Below are positions 18,205 through 27,727 of a DNA stretch of 40,231 bases, piece after piece. The DNA is from Caldisericota bacterium. Lineage in GTDB: Bacteria > Caldisericota > Caldisericia > UBA6126. Below the pieces are notes generated by a model. It did no database searches. It saw nothing but the letters and a program-made list of their open reading frames with translations, and was not told the DNA's origin. The stretch covers positions 1-40,231 of the forward strand of contig PXBT01000189.1 in NCBI GenBank assembly GCA_003566815.1, in the 5' to 3' direction. Both the position numbers and the translations under genes were made by a program. Position 1 is the stretch's first letter, and every line of letters starts with the position of its first letter.

Positions 18205-19464
18205 ATGAAGCAAATGAAACGATGGGATCGCTGGATGTTGCGTCGACTGGAAGCTTTTGTGCAATGGGAAGGTCGCAAGTTTTTGCATTTACAGCCAGGA
18301 TATGAGGAATCTTTTCTGGAGATAGATCAGCAAAAAAAACCTGTACACTCGATGTATCTTCATATTCCTTTTTGTCGCCAGCTTTGCCCTTATTGCTCTT
18401 TTAATCGGGTGGCATATGAGCCAGTGCTCGTCAAAGCTTATTTTGAAGCCTTGAAAAAAGAAATTTCCCACTATGCTCAAGCTGGATATGCTTTTACCCA
18501 TGTCTATCTGGGAGGTGGTACTCCTACGGTGGATGTGGAGCTTCTTCTTGATTTGCTGACATTTACTCGGAGCCAGTTTCCCATTGAGCAGATCTCGCTT
18601 GAGACCAACCCTGCTGATCTGAATGGCGCTACTATCGAAGGATTGCAAAAGGCAGATATCCAGCGTTTATCCCTTGGAGTCCAGAGCTTCAATGATACTA
18701 TGCTCAAATCGCTGGGCAGACTCTCGCATGATGGAAAAACTGCAATGCAAAATATCGCAAAAGTGAAGGGATTGTTTGATACGGTCAATATTGACTTGAT
18801 GTACAATTTTCCCTCCCAGACGATGGAGCATTTCCTGGAAGATATTCGCATCTTCAAATCGCTGGACATAGAGCAGGTAACCTTTTATCCTCTCATGCCT
18901 TCGCCTCATAAAAAAACTGCTTTGGAACGAAGGTTCAGTCGGGTGGATCCGTCTCGAGAAATGGAGTTTTATCAAGTTTTGCTGGATGAGATGCTTGAAG
19001 TTTACCACCCTTCCACGGTGTGGTGTTTTTCCAGGGGTGAGCGTATTATTGATGAGTATATCATTGAGTATGATGATTACGCAGGTCTGGGAGCAGGATC
19101 TGTAGGGTTTATAGACGGAGTATTTCTGGTGAATGCTTTCAAGCCCGAGCGATATATTGAGCAAATTAACCAGGACAGGAATGCTGTGGTGTATCATACT
19201 CGCAGTAGCAGAAAAGACCATGCTCGCTATCAGATGCTTACTCGCCTTTTTGGTATGAAGTGGAACTGGAAGGAACACCAGCAACTATTTGGGAAAGTGC
19301 TTTGGCCCGAGGTGGCAATGCTCAAGACTGCAGGAATTGTTGAGGAAAAAGATGGGACACTGATACCCACACGCAAGGGCATGTATTATGTGAGCATTAT
19401 GATGAAAAACTTTTTTGCCACCTTGAATGGTTTGCGAGAAGAGTGTATTAGCTCCGGGGTTTAA
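18205..19464 (+). CDS. HemN-like class C radical SAM enzyme, MenK/MqnK (menaquinone methyltransferase)-like
   Basis: YLHIPFCRQLCPYCSF (CxxxCxxC), GGGTPT, RLSLGVQSF, QVTFYPLM, IDEYII. ATG 18205 follows an extended -10 TGTGGTATAAT. Confidence 0.85.
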   Translation: MKQMKRWDRWMLRRLEAFVQWEGRKFLHLQPGYEESFLEIDQQKKPVHSMYLHIPFCRQLCPYCSFNRVAYEPVLVKAYFEALKKEISHYAQAGYAFTHVYLGGGTPTVDVELLLDLLTFTRSQFPIEQISLETNPADLNGATIEGLQKADIQRLSLGVQSFNDTMLKSLGRLSHDGKTAMQNIAKVKGLFDTVNIDLMYNFPSQTMEHFLEDIRIFKSLDIEQVTFYPLMPSPHKKTALERRFSRVDPSREMEFYQVLLDEMLEVYHPSTVWCFSRGERIIDEYIIEYDDYAGLGAGSVGFIDGVFLVNAFKPERYIEQINQDRNAVVYHTRSSRKDHARYQMLTRLFGMKWNWKEHQQLFGKVLWPEVAMLKTAGIVEEKDGTLIPTRKGMYYVSIMMKNFFATLNGLREECISSGV

Positions 19465-19479
19465 ACCTGGCTAAAAAAT

Positions 19480-19517
19480 AAAAAAAGCCTGCCCCGGGGG
19501 TTAAAGTCGGGACAGGC
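19480..19517 (-). terminator. Intrinsic terminator of hcp
   Basis: Minus strand GCCTGTCCCG..CGGGGCAGGC followed by T7. Confidence 0.75.
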
Positions 19518-19535
19518 ATGTGCAAAAACCAGAGT

Positions 19536-21155
19536 TTAGGCCTGGTTTAATATTTGCGCAAGATCTTTTTGAGGATCATCAATGGCTTTCATACCCCATT
19601 GATTTTGCAGGACTTCCCATACTGGAGCTTTGATAAAAGCTGGCAAACTGGGGCCAATCCGGATATTTTTCACACCCAGAGCCAACAGGCTCAGGAGAAT
19701 AGCTACGGCTTTTTGTTCATACCAGCTCAATACCAGAGTCAAAGGAAGCTGGTTGATGTCAGTGCCCAAAGCATCAGCAAGGGCTTTGGCAATCATGACT
19801 GCAGAATAGGCGTCGTTGCATTGACCTACATCCAAAAGGCGAGGAATGCCATCAATGTCACCGTAAGTTTCGCTGTTAATCCTGAATTTTCCACATGCCA
19901 GCGTGAGCATCAAAGTGTCAGGCGGAGTAGCTTTTGCAAAGTCTGCATAATAACTGCGACCTGGCTTGGCACCATCACAACCTCCAATGAGGAAAACATG
20001 CTTGATTTTGCCTTCGCCAATTTTTTGAAGCAATACTTCTGCCACTCCTAATACTGTATTGCGAGCATATCCTACATCGGTAAACTTTTCAGGAGCATCT
20101 TCCTGAAACCCTTCCATGGAAAGAGCATCTTGAATAAGGGGAGCAAAATTTCGATCAGTAATATGGGTTACCCCTGGCCAGGCTACCAGACCGCTGGTGT
20201 ATATTCTTCCCATGTATTCAGTTTTGGGCTGTTGGATGCAATTGGTGGTCATTAGAATAGGACCAGGGAAATCGTTGAATTCTTTGGTTTGATTTTGCCA
20301 GGCTGAACCATAGTTGCCAATAAAATGGTCGTATTGTTTGAATTTGGGGTAAGCAAGCGTAGGAAGCATTTCTCCATGAGTATAGACATGGATACCCTTT
20401 CCTTTGGTCTGCTCCAACAATGCTTCCAGATCTTTGAGATCATGACCTGATATGAGGATGGCTTTTCCTTTTTTGGGAGTCATTCGAGCTTTGATAGGCT
20501 CAGGATGGCCATAGGTTTCGGTGTTGGCTTTGTCGAGAAGCTCCATAACAGCAACATTAAGGTTTCCTGTTTCCATTGCTTTTTCCAATAATTGATCGAG
20601 CGGGTGGGATCCTTCTGCGATAAAGCTCATCAGTTCATGAAATTTACCAGCGAGCTCGGGATGATCATAGCCCAGAACATGGGCATGATCTGCATAAGCT
20701 GCAGCTCCCTTGAGACCGTAAAGAATCAGATGAAGGATACCAGCTCGCACTTCGTCCATTTTTTCAATATGTCGCTCCAGCCCAGCTTCATGAAATTGAC
20801 CCAAAAGTTCTTCCCTGGTAGCTCCGGGCTGAAAAGCTGCCGGGCCTTCAAGCTGTCCATTGATATTTGCTTTAAGCTCGTCTCTTTTTTTTGTAACTTC
20901 ATGGATGAGCTGCACGATTCGATCAGCATCAAAATTGACATTGGTCACGGTAGTAAAAAGACCTTCAAGCATCAATTGGTCAGCTCTTTGGTCCACCACC
21001 CCTTTTTTACGAGCAAGATGAGCTACCTGCCCCAAACCTTGCAAGGTGTAAATCAAAATGTCCTGAAGATTTGACACCGCATCTTCTTTTCCACAAACAC
21101 CTTTGAGGGTGCAACCAGTTCCTTTTGCAGTCTGTTCACATTGATAACAAAACAT
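19536..21155 (-). CDS. hcp: Hybrid cluster protein (hydroxylamine / NO reductase)
   Basis: MFCYQCEQT..GC..GVCGK, SGHDL, YTHGEMLP, GGCDG, GQCNDAYS, SWYEQKA. Confidence 0.98.
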   Translation of the reverse strand: MFCYQCEQTAKGTGCTLKGVCGKEDAVSNLQDILIYTLQGLGQVAHLARKKGVVDQRADQLMLEGLFTTVTNVNFDADRIVQLIHEVTKKRDELKANINGQLEGPAAFQPGATREELLGQFHEAGLERHIEKMDEVRAGILHLILYGLKGAAAYADHAHVLGYDHPELAGKFHELMSFIAEGSHPLDQLLEKAMETGNLNVAVMELLDKANTETYGHPEPIKARMTPKKGKAILISGHDLKDLEALLEQTKGKGIHVYTHGEMLPTLAYPKFKQYDHFIGNYGSAWQNQTKEFNDFPGPILMTTNCIQQPKTEYMGRIYTSGLVAWPGVTHITDRNFAPLIQDALSMEGFQEDAPEKFTDVGYARNTVLGVAEVLLQKIGEGKIKHVFLIGGCDGAKPGRSYYADFAKATPPDTLMLTLACGKFRINSETYGDIDGIPRLLDVGQCNDAYSAVMIAKALADALGTDINQLPLTLVLSWYEQKAVAILLSLLALGVKNIRIGPSLPAFIKAPVWEVLQNQWGMKAIDDPQKDLAQILNQA

Positions 21156-21167
21156 AAAATAGCCTCC

Positions 21168-21587
21168 TTATGATTTAATATAGTTAAATTGCTGATGAAT
21201 AGCTTGCTCCAGGCTGGTATTCTCAAGAAAATCTTTCATTTGCTGAGGGATGCCCTGGGTAAGATTTTTTAGAATACAGGCATCAAAAAGACATTTTTTT
21301 CGACCCAGAAGACAGGGACAAGCTTTGACAGGGCCCTGCATGGCTTCAATAATCTCAAGCAGATTGATGGAGGAAGCAGGACGATGAAGCCTGAACCCAC
21401 CACTGGGACCTTTTACCGAGCTTAAAAAATCCTGCCTGACCATTTGTTGAAGGATCTTGGAGAGGGTGTTGGAAGGTTTTTGCAACCACTCTGCTAACTC
21501 AGGAAGCTTCCAGTTTTTTTCTGGCTGGGAACCCACCAATATTGCTAAATGGACTGCGATGAGTGATGAACTGGTAATATTTAGCAT
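21168..21587 (-). CDS. Rrf2 family transcriptional regulator with Fe-S ligands
   Basis: LSKILQ..SVKGPSGGFRL..INLLEIIEA; Cys cluster CPCLLGRKKCLFDAC. Confidence 0.92.
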   Translation of the reverse strand: MLNITSSSLIAVHLAILVGSQPEKNWKLPELAEWLQKPSNTLSKILQQMVRQDFLSSVKGPSGGFRLHRPASSINLLEIIEAMQGPVKACPCLLGRKKCLFDACILKNLTQGIPQQMKDFLENTSLEQAIHQQFNYIKS

Positions 21588-21610
21588 TTTTTAACCTCCA
21601 TATAAATATT

Positions 21611-21628
21611 TTAGTACTATAATACCAA
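21611..21628. promoter_or_regulatory. Candidate Rrf2 operator overlapping the rrf2-hcp promoter
   Basis: Imperfect palindrome TTAGTACT-AT-AATACCAA overlapping the -10 of a minus-strand TTGCAA-16-TATTAT promoter. Confidence 0.45.
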
Positions 21629-21728
21629 TATAGAAAAGAATTGCAAGTGAAAAACTTAAAAAATTCTTTCTAAAATCTAATAGGTCTTCAGTTCTTAAAA
21701 AATCTTTTAAATATAAAAATGAAATCGC

Positions 21729-21763
21729 AAAAAAATACCCGTTGACTTTGATTTGTCAACAGG
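21729..21763 (-). terminator. Intrinsic terminator downstream of the LiaF-like gene
   Basis: Minus strand CCTGTTGAC-N8-GTCAACGGG-TATTTTTTT. Confidence 0.6.
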
Positions 21764-21920
21764 TGTGGAAAAAAAGTGGATAACCTTGTATGATATGTAG
21801 AAAAAACCTCATAAATAGTTAGAAAAACGAGCTTAACAGAATCTTAATATAATCTCAATATCTATTCGCATTTCCTTGCGTTAGAAAAAGAAGTATTTAA
21901 AAATAAACAAAAAAAAATAC

Positions 21921-22466
21921 TTAGCAATCCTGAATGAATGAGCTTTCTGCATTCATAGACTTAAAATGAATATTCAGTTTGGCGAATATGCATTCTGTCT
22001 TAAGAAATCTCACAGGAGCATCTTCAGTTAAACCTTTGGCAATATAGGTTTGTTCACCAAAAACAAGCGTGGTTTTGTCGGGAAAACGAGTATGCCCAAA
22101 GACGGTATTGGCTTTGATTTTCCAGGTAAAATGGGGATCCAGATAACAGATTGCTTCCCCGAAAATGATATTAATGGCATAAGAGGAGGATGAAGAGGTC
22201 TCTGCCCAGGAAGATAAATCTATGTGGTCAGTGCCAAAGATTATATTTTTTTGCTGGGGTGTGGTGGATGAAAACAGGGTTTCATCTTTTTCGATCCATT
22301 TGCCTGGCGTGATTTTTGGTTTAAGCAACAAGTGAAGCCCAAGAGCAACAAAGAAGGATGATAAAGCCAGACTCCACAAAGACCAATGGAAATCAAAAAG
22401 CACATTAATCAACCAGAGAAAACCACACAAGAAAAGAAAATAACCCAGAATAGAGTTTCTCAGCAC
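21921..22466 (-). CDS. LiaF-related membrane protein (cell-envelope stress family)
   Basis: Two N-terminal TM helices then repeated I/V-F-G beta motifs (NIIFG, NTVFG); SD GGGAGG before GTG. Confidence 0.65.
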   Translation of the reverse strand: MLRNSILGYFLFLCGFLWLINVLFDFHWSLWSLALSSFFVALGLHLLLKPKITPGKWIEKDETLFSSTTPQQKNIIFGTDHIDLSSWAETSSSSSYAINIIFGEAICYLDPHFTWKIKANTVFGHTRFPDKTTLVFGEQTYIAKGLTEDAPVRFLKTECIFAKLNIHFKSMNAESSFIQDC

Positions 22467-22539
22467 TTCAAAACCTCCCTAACATATCCTGAAACCTTGA
22501 TTTATTATAGCATGTTTCAGAAAATGCGAGGAGTATTAC

Positions 22540-23526
22540 TTAGTATTCCAGATGCGCATTGGCTTGGTACAAAGGTTTCCCTGTTTTTAGCCAATGTTCA
22601 ATGTTTTGAAAGGTTTCCTGGATCATTTGCTGGTGACCTTCTTCACAAAAACATGCCACATGGGGAGACATAACAACATTGTCAAGCTCATGAAATGGAA
22701 AACGAGAAGGCATATGCACTTCATTTCTTTTTTTGGGGTATTGGAACCATACATCCAGTCCTGCCCCTGCCAGCAAGCCTTCCTTGAGACTATGATAAAG
22801 AGATTCTTCTTCGATTAACTCTCCCCGAGAAACATTGATGAGGTATTTATCTTTCATCTGCTGAATCCTCTCGGTATTGATGATGTTTTTGGTATCCGGG
22901 GTTAGCGGCATGGTCAAAAAAAGTACACTGCTTTTTTCTATGACCTCGTCAATATCGACACTGCAGGAGGAGAGCCCTTCAGGCAAGGATGAGAGAGAGT
23001 GTTTTTTTAAAGCATGAAAAGGTCCTTTAAAAGGTTTCAACATGCTTAGCAGATGCTTGCCTATACTACCAAAACCTAATATACCGCAAGGTCTGTTTTT
23101 TAAAGTTTGCCAGCGATCATCAAATTGACCTGCGGCAAAACCATGCCATCTGCCTTGCGTCAAATCATTGTGGTAGGGTACAATATGCCCCAAAAGAGAA
23201 AGGCACAACTGGAAAGCTTTTTCGGCTACCACTTCTGCATTGCCATGGGTGTGCGCCACTTGAATATTTCGTTTTCGCAAAGTTTCCCATGGGAGATGAT
23301 TAACTCCTGTCCAGGGCACAAAAATGGTTTTTAAGTTTTCTGCATGGTCCAAATCTCCTGGATGCAACCTGCCCAGCACTATACCATCAGCATCCTTTAT
23401 TAAAGAGGGTCGTTCCTGATAGGATTCCTCCCGATGAAAAGAAAAATCAGGGTACTGTTCTTTTAAATGGTGAAGCTGAAGAATAAAATTATCTGAAAAA
23501 GGATGTTGTAATAGGACCAACTTCAT
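22540..23526 (-). CDS. D-2-hydroxyacid dehydrogenase
   Basis: GILGFGSIG, PLTPDT, INVSRG, GLDVW, SPHVA. Confidence 0.93.
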   Translation of the reverse strand: MKLVLLQHPFSDNFILQLHHLKEQYPDFSFHREESYQERPSLIKDADGIVLGRLHPGDLDHAENLKTIFVPWTGVNHLPWETLRKRNIQVAHTHGNAEVVAEKAFQLCLSLLGHIVPYHNDLTQGRWHGFAAGQFDDRWQTLKNRPCGILGFGSIGKHLLSMLKPFKGPFHALKKHSLSSLPEGLSSCSVDIDEVIEKSSVLFLTMPLTPDTKNIINTERIQQMKDKYLINVSRGELIEEESLYHSLKEGLLAGAGLDVWFQYPKKRNEVHMPSRFPFHELDNVVMSPHVACFCEEGHQQMIQETFQNIEHWLKTGKPLYQANAHLEY

Positions 23527-23707
23527 TTTAAACCTCCATGGAAAGTTTTGTAGTATTGTTTTTGAATCATATGGATATAGATGCTCCTTTGAGTTTTTAT
23601 AATGATTTTAACAGATTTTCTCTTGTAACTCCATATGGAGAAAGGTAAACTTTAATGCATAAAGTAATGCAATGCTTGAAAACAAATAAAGCAACAAGGA
23701 GCAAGCA

Positions 23708-24865
23708 ATGAAAAATTTTATTTTTCACAATCCTGTTCGAATAGTTTTTGGCAAAGAAATTATACCTACGCTGAGCTCTTATATGGCTCGTAATGAAAAA
23801 GTACTATTACTGTATGGCAAAGGTAGTATTCTCAACAATGGAATTTACGACCAGGTGACCCAAAGCCTTAAGCAAGCAGGGATTACCTGGAAAGACTTTG
23901 CCGGCATAAAACCCAATCCGACTTTAAGTCAGGTTCGTTCGGCTATAGCAATATGCAGACAGGAAAATATCAAAGCTGTTGTGGCTGTGGGAGGAGGCTC
24001 AGTTATTGATGCAGGCAAGGCTATTGCTGCTGGTGCTTGTTTTGATGGCGATGTATGGGATGGTTTTTTAAAGAAAATCAGTTGGCCACAAGCTCTTCCT
24101 TTGTATGTCGTATTGACGATATCCGCTACAGGCTCTGAAATGAATAGTGCTGCAGTGGTTACCAATGAGGAAACCCAGGCAAAAATGTCTTTTTATTCTC
24201 CAGGTACATTTCCCAAAGTTTCTTTTTTGGATCCCACACTTCAATATACTTTACCGGAAAAACAAACCATATATGGCGCAATGGATATGATGGCGCATGT
24301 GTTGGAGTTTTATTTCAATGGAACACCTGATACTGATGTGCAGGATTATTTTTCGGAAGGACTGATGAAGACTATTATGAAGCATCTGGATATAGTGCTG
24401 AATCATCCGAAAAATTATGAGTCAAGGGCTCAATTGGTCTGGGCAGGCACCCTGGCCCTCAATGGCCTCAATGCAGCAGGAAGAGACAAGGGAGATTTCA
24501 GCAGTCATCGCATAGGTCATGCGTTGTCGGCTTGTTATGATTTGCCTCACGCAGAAACACTTTCTATCGTTATGCCCGCTTGGATGAGGTATGTTTACAA
24601 ACAGGATATTCCTCAGTTTGCTCGCTTTGCAAGAGAAGTTTTTGGTTTGCAGGGAAGTGAAAATGATTTGGCTTCAAAAGGAGTACAAGCTTTTCAGGAT
24701 TGGGTGCGAAAGTTGGGGTTACCTTTGTCATGCGTGGATGTCGGCATTCGTATGGACGCTATTCCTTCGCTTGCCAACAACCCAAGCATTCCTTTTCCTT
24801 TGGGTACTTTAAAGCCAATGCAATCAGAGGATGTTGAAAGTATTCTTCGATTGAGCAATTACTAA
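23708..24865 (+). CDS. Iron-containing alcohol (butanol) dehydrogenase
   Basis: GIKPNP, AVGGGSVID, SATGSEMN, metal-binding H..GH..H residues. Confidence 0.94.
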   Translation: MKNFIFHNPVRIVFGKEIIPTLSSYMARNEKVLLLYGKGSILNNGIYDQVTQSLKQAGITWKDFAGIKPNPTLSQVRSAIAICRQENIKAVVAVGGGSVIDAGKAIAAGACFDGDVWDGFLKKISWPQALPLYVVLTISATGSEMNSAAVVTNEETQAKMSFYSPGTFPKVSFLDPTLQYTLPEKQTIYGAMDMMAHVLEFYFNGTPDTDVQDYFSEGLMKTIMKHLDIVLNHPKNYESRAQLVWAGTLALNGLNAAGRDKGDFSSHRIGHALSACYDLPHAETLSIVMPAWMRYVYKQDIPQFARFAREVFGLQGSENDLASKGVQAFQDWVRKLGLPLSCVDVGIRMDAIPSLANNPSIPFPLGTLKPMQSEDVESILRLSNY

Positions 24866-24928
24866 AATGTTTTTGCTTGTTCAGTATATCTTTTATTACT
24901 ATATAGTTGAAGCAAGGCAGAAAATAGC

Positions 24929-27052
24929 ATGAAAAAAAACTTAAAATGTTGGATGTTGAATTTTTTATTAATTTTATTGCTCCCTTTTGCCCCTGCATTT
25001 CTGATGCAAGCTGAACATGGCTCAGCTTTTCAGGAGCATGCAATGCAATCGGGCAATGGAGTATGGATGCATGTTGATACCTTTATGAATGAGCCGGATA
25101 TTGTTTTGCAGCAATATGCTGATGCATTGGTGCGTTCAGAAATAAAAACTGTTTTCATTCTGGCCAAAAAAATTGATGGATCGGTAAATTTTCCTTCCCC
25201 CCATGCTTTGAAGCGATCATTTTCAGGCGATCCCATGAAGCGTTTGATAGAGATTTTAAAGTCGCGACATATCAAAGTATTTTTTTATTTTCCTATTAAT
25301 ACAGATCCAGCATGGAACAGTGCTCATCCGCAGGATATTGCCTGGCAAATGGGAAATCCTGCAGAAAAGAGACCTTTGCAGGATCCCTCCAAAAGACTTG
25401 TCAATCTTACAAGCACAGCATATCGGGACTATATCTTAAAATTAGCACTGGATGCTCTCAACAGGTATCCCCTCGATGGGATTCAGTTGGACTATATTCG
25501 GTATCGCAATGGGCATTGGGGTTTTTCGCAGACTGAAAACACTATGGCCAGACAACGGGGTATTAATATTGAACGAGTAAAGGAATTATCTTATCAAACC
25601 TTTGTGCAACCGGGAGATTGGCGCACCTTGCTTCAACAATATGATGCAAATGACAAGGATGTTGTTTCCTGGGTCAGAATGAGAGAAGATATTGTTTTTA
25701 ACTTTGCCAGTCATATAGGTCATCAAATTCGCAACAAGGGGAAAGAGTTTTCTATAACTTTGGTGCATGCTGGTGCTTTGGGAAATGCATATGGGGCCGT
25801 TCATTTCAGTCAATCCTATGAGCGTCTTTCTTCGGTTGCGGATATTGCTGTTCCCATGGCGTATCATGGTAGTATAGAAAATGTAGAGGAATTTGTGCAT
25901 TCTATCATAAAAGGAGCAAAAAAGCGTATTGCGCCTGGTTGCACTCTCATGATAGGCCTTCAAGCTTATGAAACTTCGACTCATCGAATGAATCAGGCAA
26001 TCTCTACGGCAAAAAAGCATAACATTAATTTTGTGTTGTTCAGAGTGGGAACTTTTTCTTTTGTTCATCTTGACTATGAAATGCTTCATCCAGAACAAAT
26101 CCAAATCAATGCTGATGTATTTCACGGGATACCTTACCAGCAAGTTTATGGAATGGAAATCAGAGGGCTGGGGGGATGGTTGAAAGCAAATACTGATGAG
26201 TGGAGATTTCAACAGGCTCATTATGTGGATGGATTTAAAATTTGGGGTGAAACTTTTTTTACCCGAATGGGGCAACAATCTTTTCTCTTTCCAATGGACT
26301 TGAAAGTACCCGATCTTCAAGGTTTTTTCATGCCTTTTGTTGTTCTGGCTGATCAAAAAAAAGATTTACCCACTTTTACCACCAGTTCACTTCAAATTTA
26401 TCATTATCAAATTTGTCCGAGCTCGGGAAGACTTCATGATACAATCAATCCATCGCAGAAAATGCGCCTCCAGCTTCATCGGGGAATAACTTTTATTCAT
26501 GTTGATGAATTGAGCTTATGGGGAATAGCAGCTCATTATGATGAGTTAAATAACGAGTTAACTTTGAGCAAAGGTTTTCGCCAACTCACTTTCAATTATT
26601 CCAAAGAAACTTTGAACGTTTTATTCCTTCCTGATACAAAGCCCATGGAATATCCAAAAGAATTGAAGTTGGGGGTTTTTTCGTGGGTACCTTTAAGGCT
26701 GACTTTTGAAATGATGGGTTATTTTGTCCATTATGCTGTTGATCAAAAAATGATCCATCTCTTGAAGGCTGAAAGAACTTCAAATGAAATACTTCCTGCA
26801 ACCATTCATAACTGGAGCGATGAAGCATGGTTTTGGAAATCATCGGACCTCTGTGTTTTTTTAATGGAAGATTTTTTGAAGACTGATTTTTACCAACTAA
26901 CTTCATGGGTTCATCAAAAAGGTAGAAAGGTTGTGCTCAGCATCCACCCTTCCTGGAGCCATTCTTCCCATGGAGAAACTCTCTATTGGATGATGCAGAT
27001 GGATGTGCCTCGATGGTATCAGCCAGATCAATTGGAGTGGCGGACTAAATGA
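24929..27052 (+). CDS. Secreted GHL10/DUF187-like glycoside hydrolase with C-terminal copper-amine-oxidase-like (stalk) domain
   Basis: Signal peptide; YPLDGIQLDYIRY; PMAY; C-terminal WVPLRLTFEMMGYFV motif. Confidence 0.75.
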   Translation: MKKNLKCWMLNFLLILLLPFAPAFLMQAEHGSAFQEHAMQSGNGVWMHVDTFMNEPDIVLQQYADALVRSEIKTVFILAKKIDGSVNFPSPHALKRSFSGDPMKRLIEILKSRHIKVFFYFPINTDPAWNSAHPQDIAWQMGNPAEKRPLQDPSKRLVNLTSTAYRDYILKLALDALNRYPLDGIQLDYIRYRNGHWGFSQTENTMARQRGINIERVKELSYQTFVQPGDWRTLLQQYDANDKDVVSWVRMREDIVFNFASHIGHQIRNKGKEFSITLVHAGALGNAYGAVHFSQSYERLSSVADIAVPMAYHGSIENVEEFVHSIIKGAKKRIAPGCTLMIGLQAYETSTHRMNQAISTAKKHNINFVLFRVGTFSFVHLDYEMLHPEQIQINADVFHGIPYQQVYGMEIRGLGGWLKANTDEWRFQQAHYVDGFKIWGETFFTRMGQQSFLFPMDLKVPDLQGFFMPFVVLADQKKDLPTFTTSSLQIYHYQICPSSGRLHDTINPSQKMRLQLHRGITFIHVDELSLWGIAAHYDELNNELTLSKGFRQLTFNYSKETLNVLFLPDTKPMEYPKELKLGVFSWVPLRLTFEMMGYFVHYAVDQKMIHLLKAERTSNEILPATIHNWSDEAWFWKSSDLCVFLMEDFLKTDFYQLTSWVHQKGRKVVLSIHPSWSHSSHGETLYWMMQMDVPRWYQPDQLEWRTK

Positions 27053-27061
27053 GGATTTGAT

Positions 27062-27622
27062 TCAGGGGTTGATATCAAATTCCTGGTCTGCAATTAAAAA
27101 GCGGACTGCATTTTCTTCTTTGGGAATTATAAAGATAAAGTACCCTTTTGTTCTTGATTGAGCGTCAAGATAGCCAAAAGGATCTCTGGATAAGGTCAAA
27201 TCCGGTGAATAGGATTCCTGATCAGTGTATAATTTGGGTTGATCGACCAGGGAAACATAAAACTGCTCTTTTTTGCTTTGATTGATGACAGAAATTTCAA
27301 CTTTCGCAAAGATAAACCCATCTTCTGCTTCAAAGGTATCATTGAAACTATTGAGAGCAGTGGGAGAATAATGAAAGCCAAGAAACTGGTAAGTAAAAAT
27401 ATCCAATGGAGGTGTTTCACCGCTTTGAGTTCGTGGAGCAATTTGAAAATGAAGCAGGAGAATTATTAACATGGATCCAAGCAAAAAACCTGTGCAAACT
27501 TTTGTGCCCAGCTTGATCTTTGGGTGATTGCCTATCAGAACCAAACCAAGAGGAGGCAAAATCAATAGCAGGATCAATATGATTACAGGATGGCAAAGAA
27601 TTTTTCCCCAATTTTTTTTCAT
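27062..27622 (-). CDS. Membrane protein with DUF4352-like domain
   Basis: Two TM helices; FAKVEISVIN..TKGYFIFIIPKE pattern. Confidence 0.6.
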   Translation of the reverse strand: MKKNWGKILCHPVIILILLLILPPLGLVLIGNHPKIKLGTKVCTGFLLGSMLIILLLHFQIAPRTQSGETPPLDIFTYQFLGFHYSPTALNSFNDTFEAEDGFIFAKVEISVINQSKKEQFYVSLVDQPKLYTDQESYSPDLTLSRDPFGYLDAQSRTKGYFIFIIPKEENAVRFLIADQEFDINP

Positions 27623-27727
27623 GGGCTTATTTTATTCACAATTCAGTTATCGTAAAGGTTGAATTTTTTTATTACTTTGTCGATTCATTGACTTTATCAA
27701 CAAATCTCGTATATCATTGATTAATAT

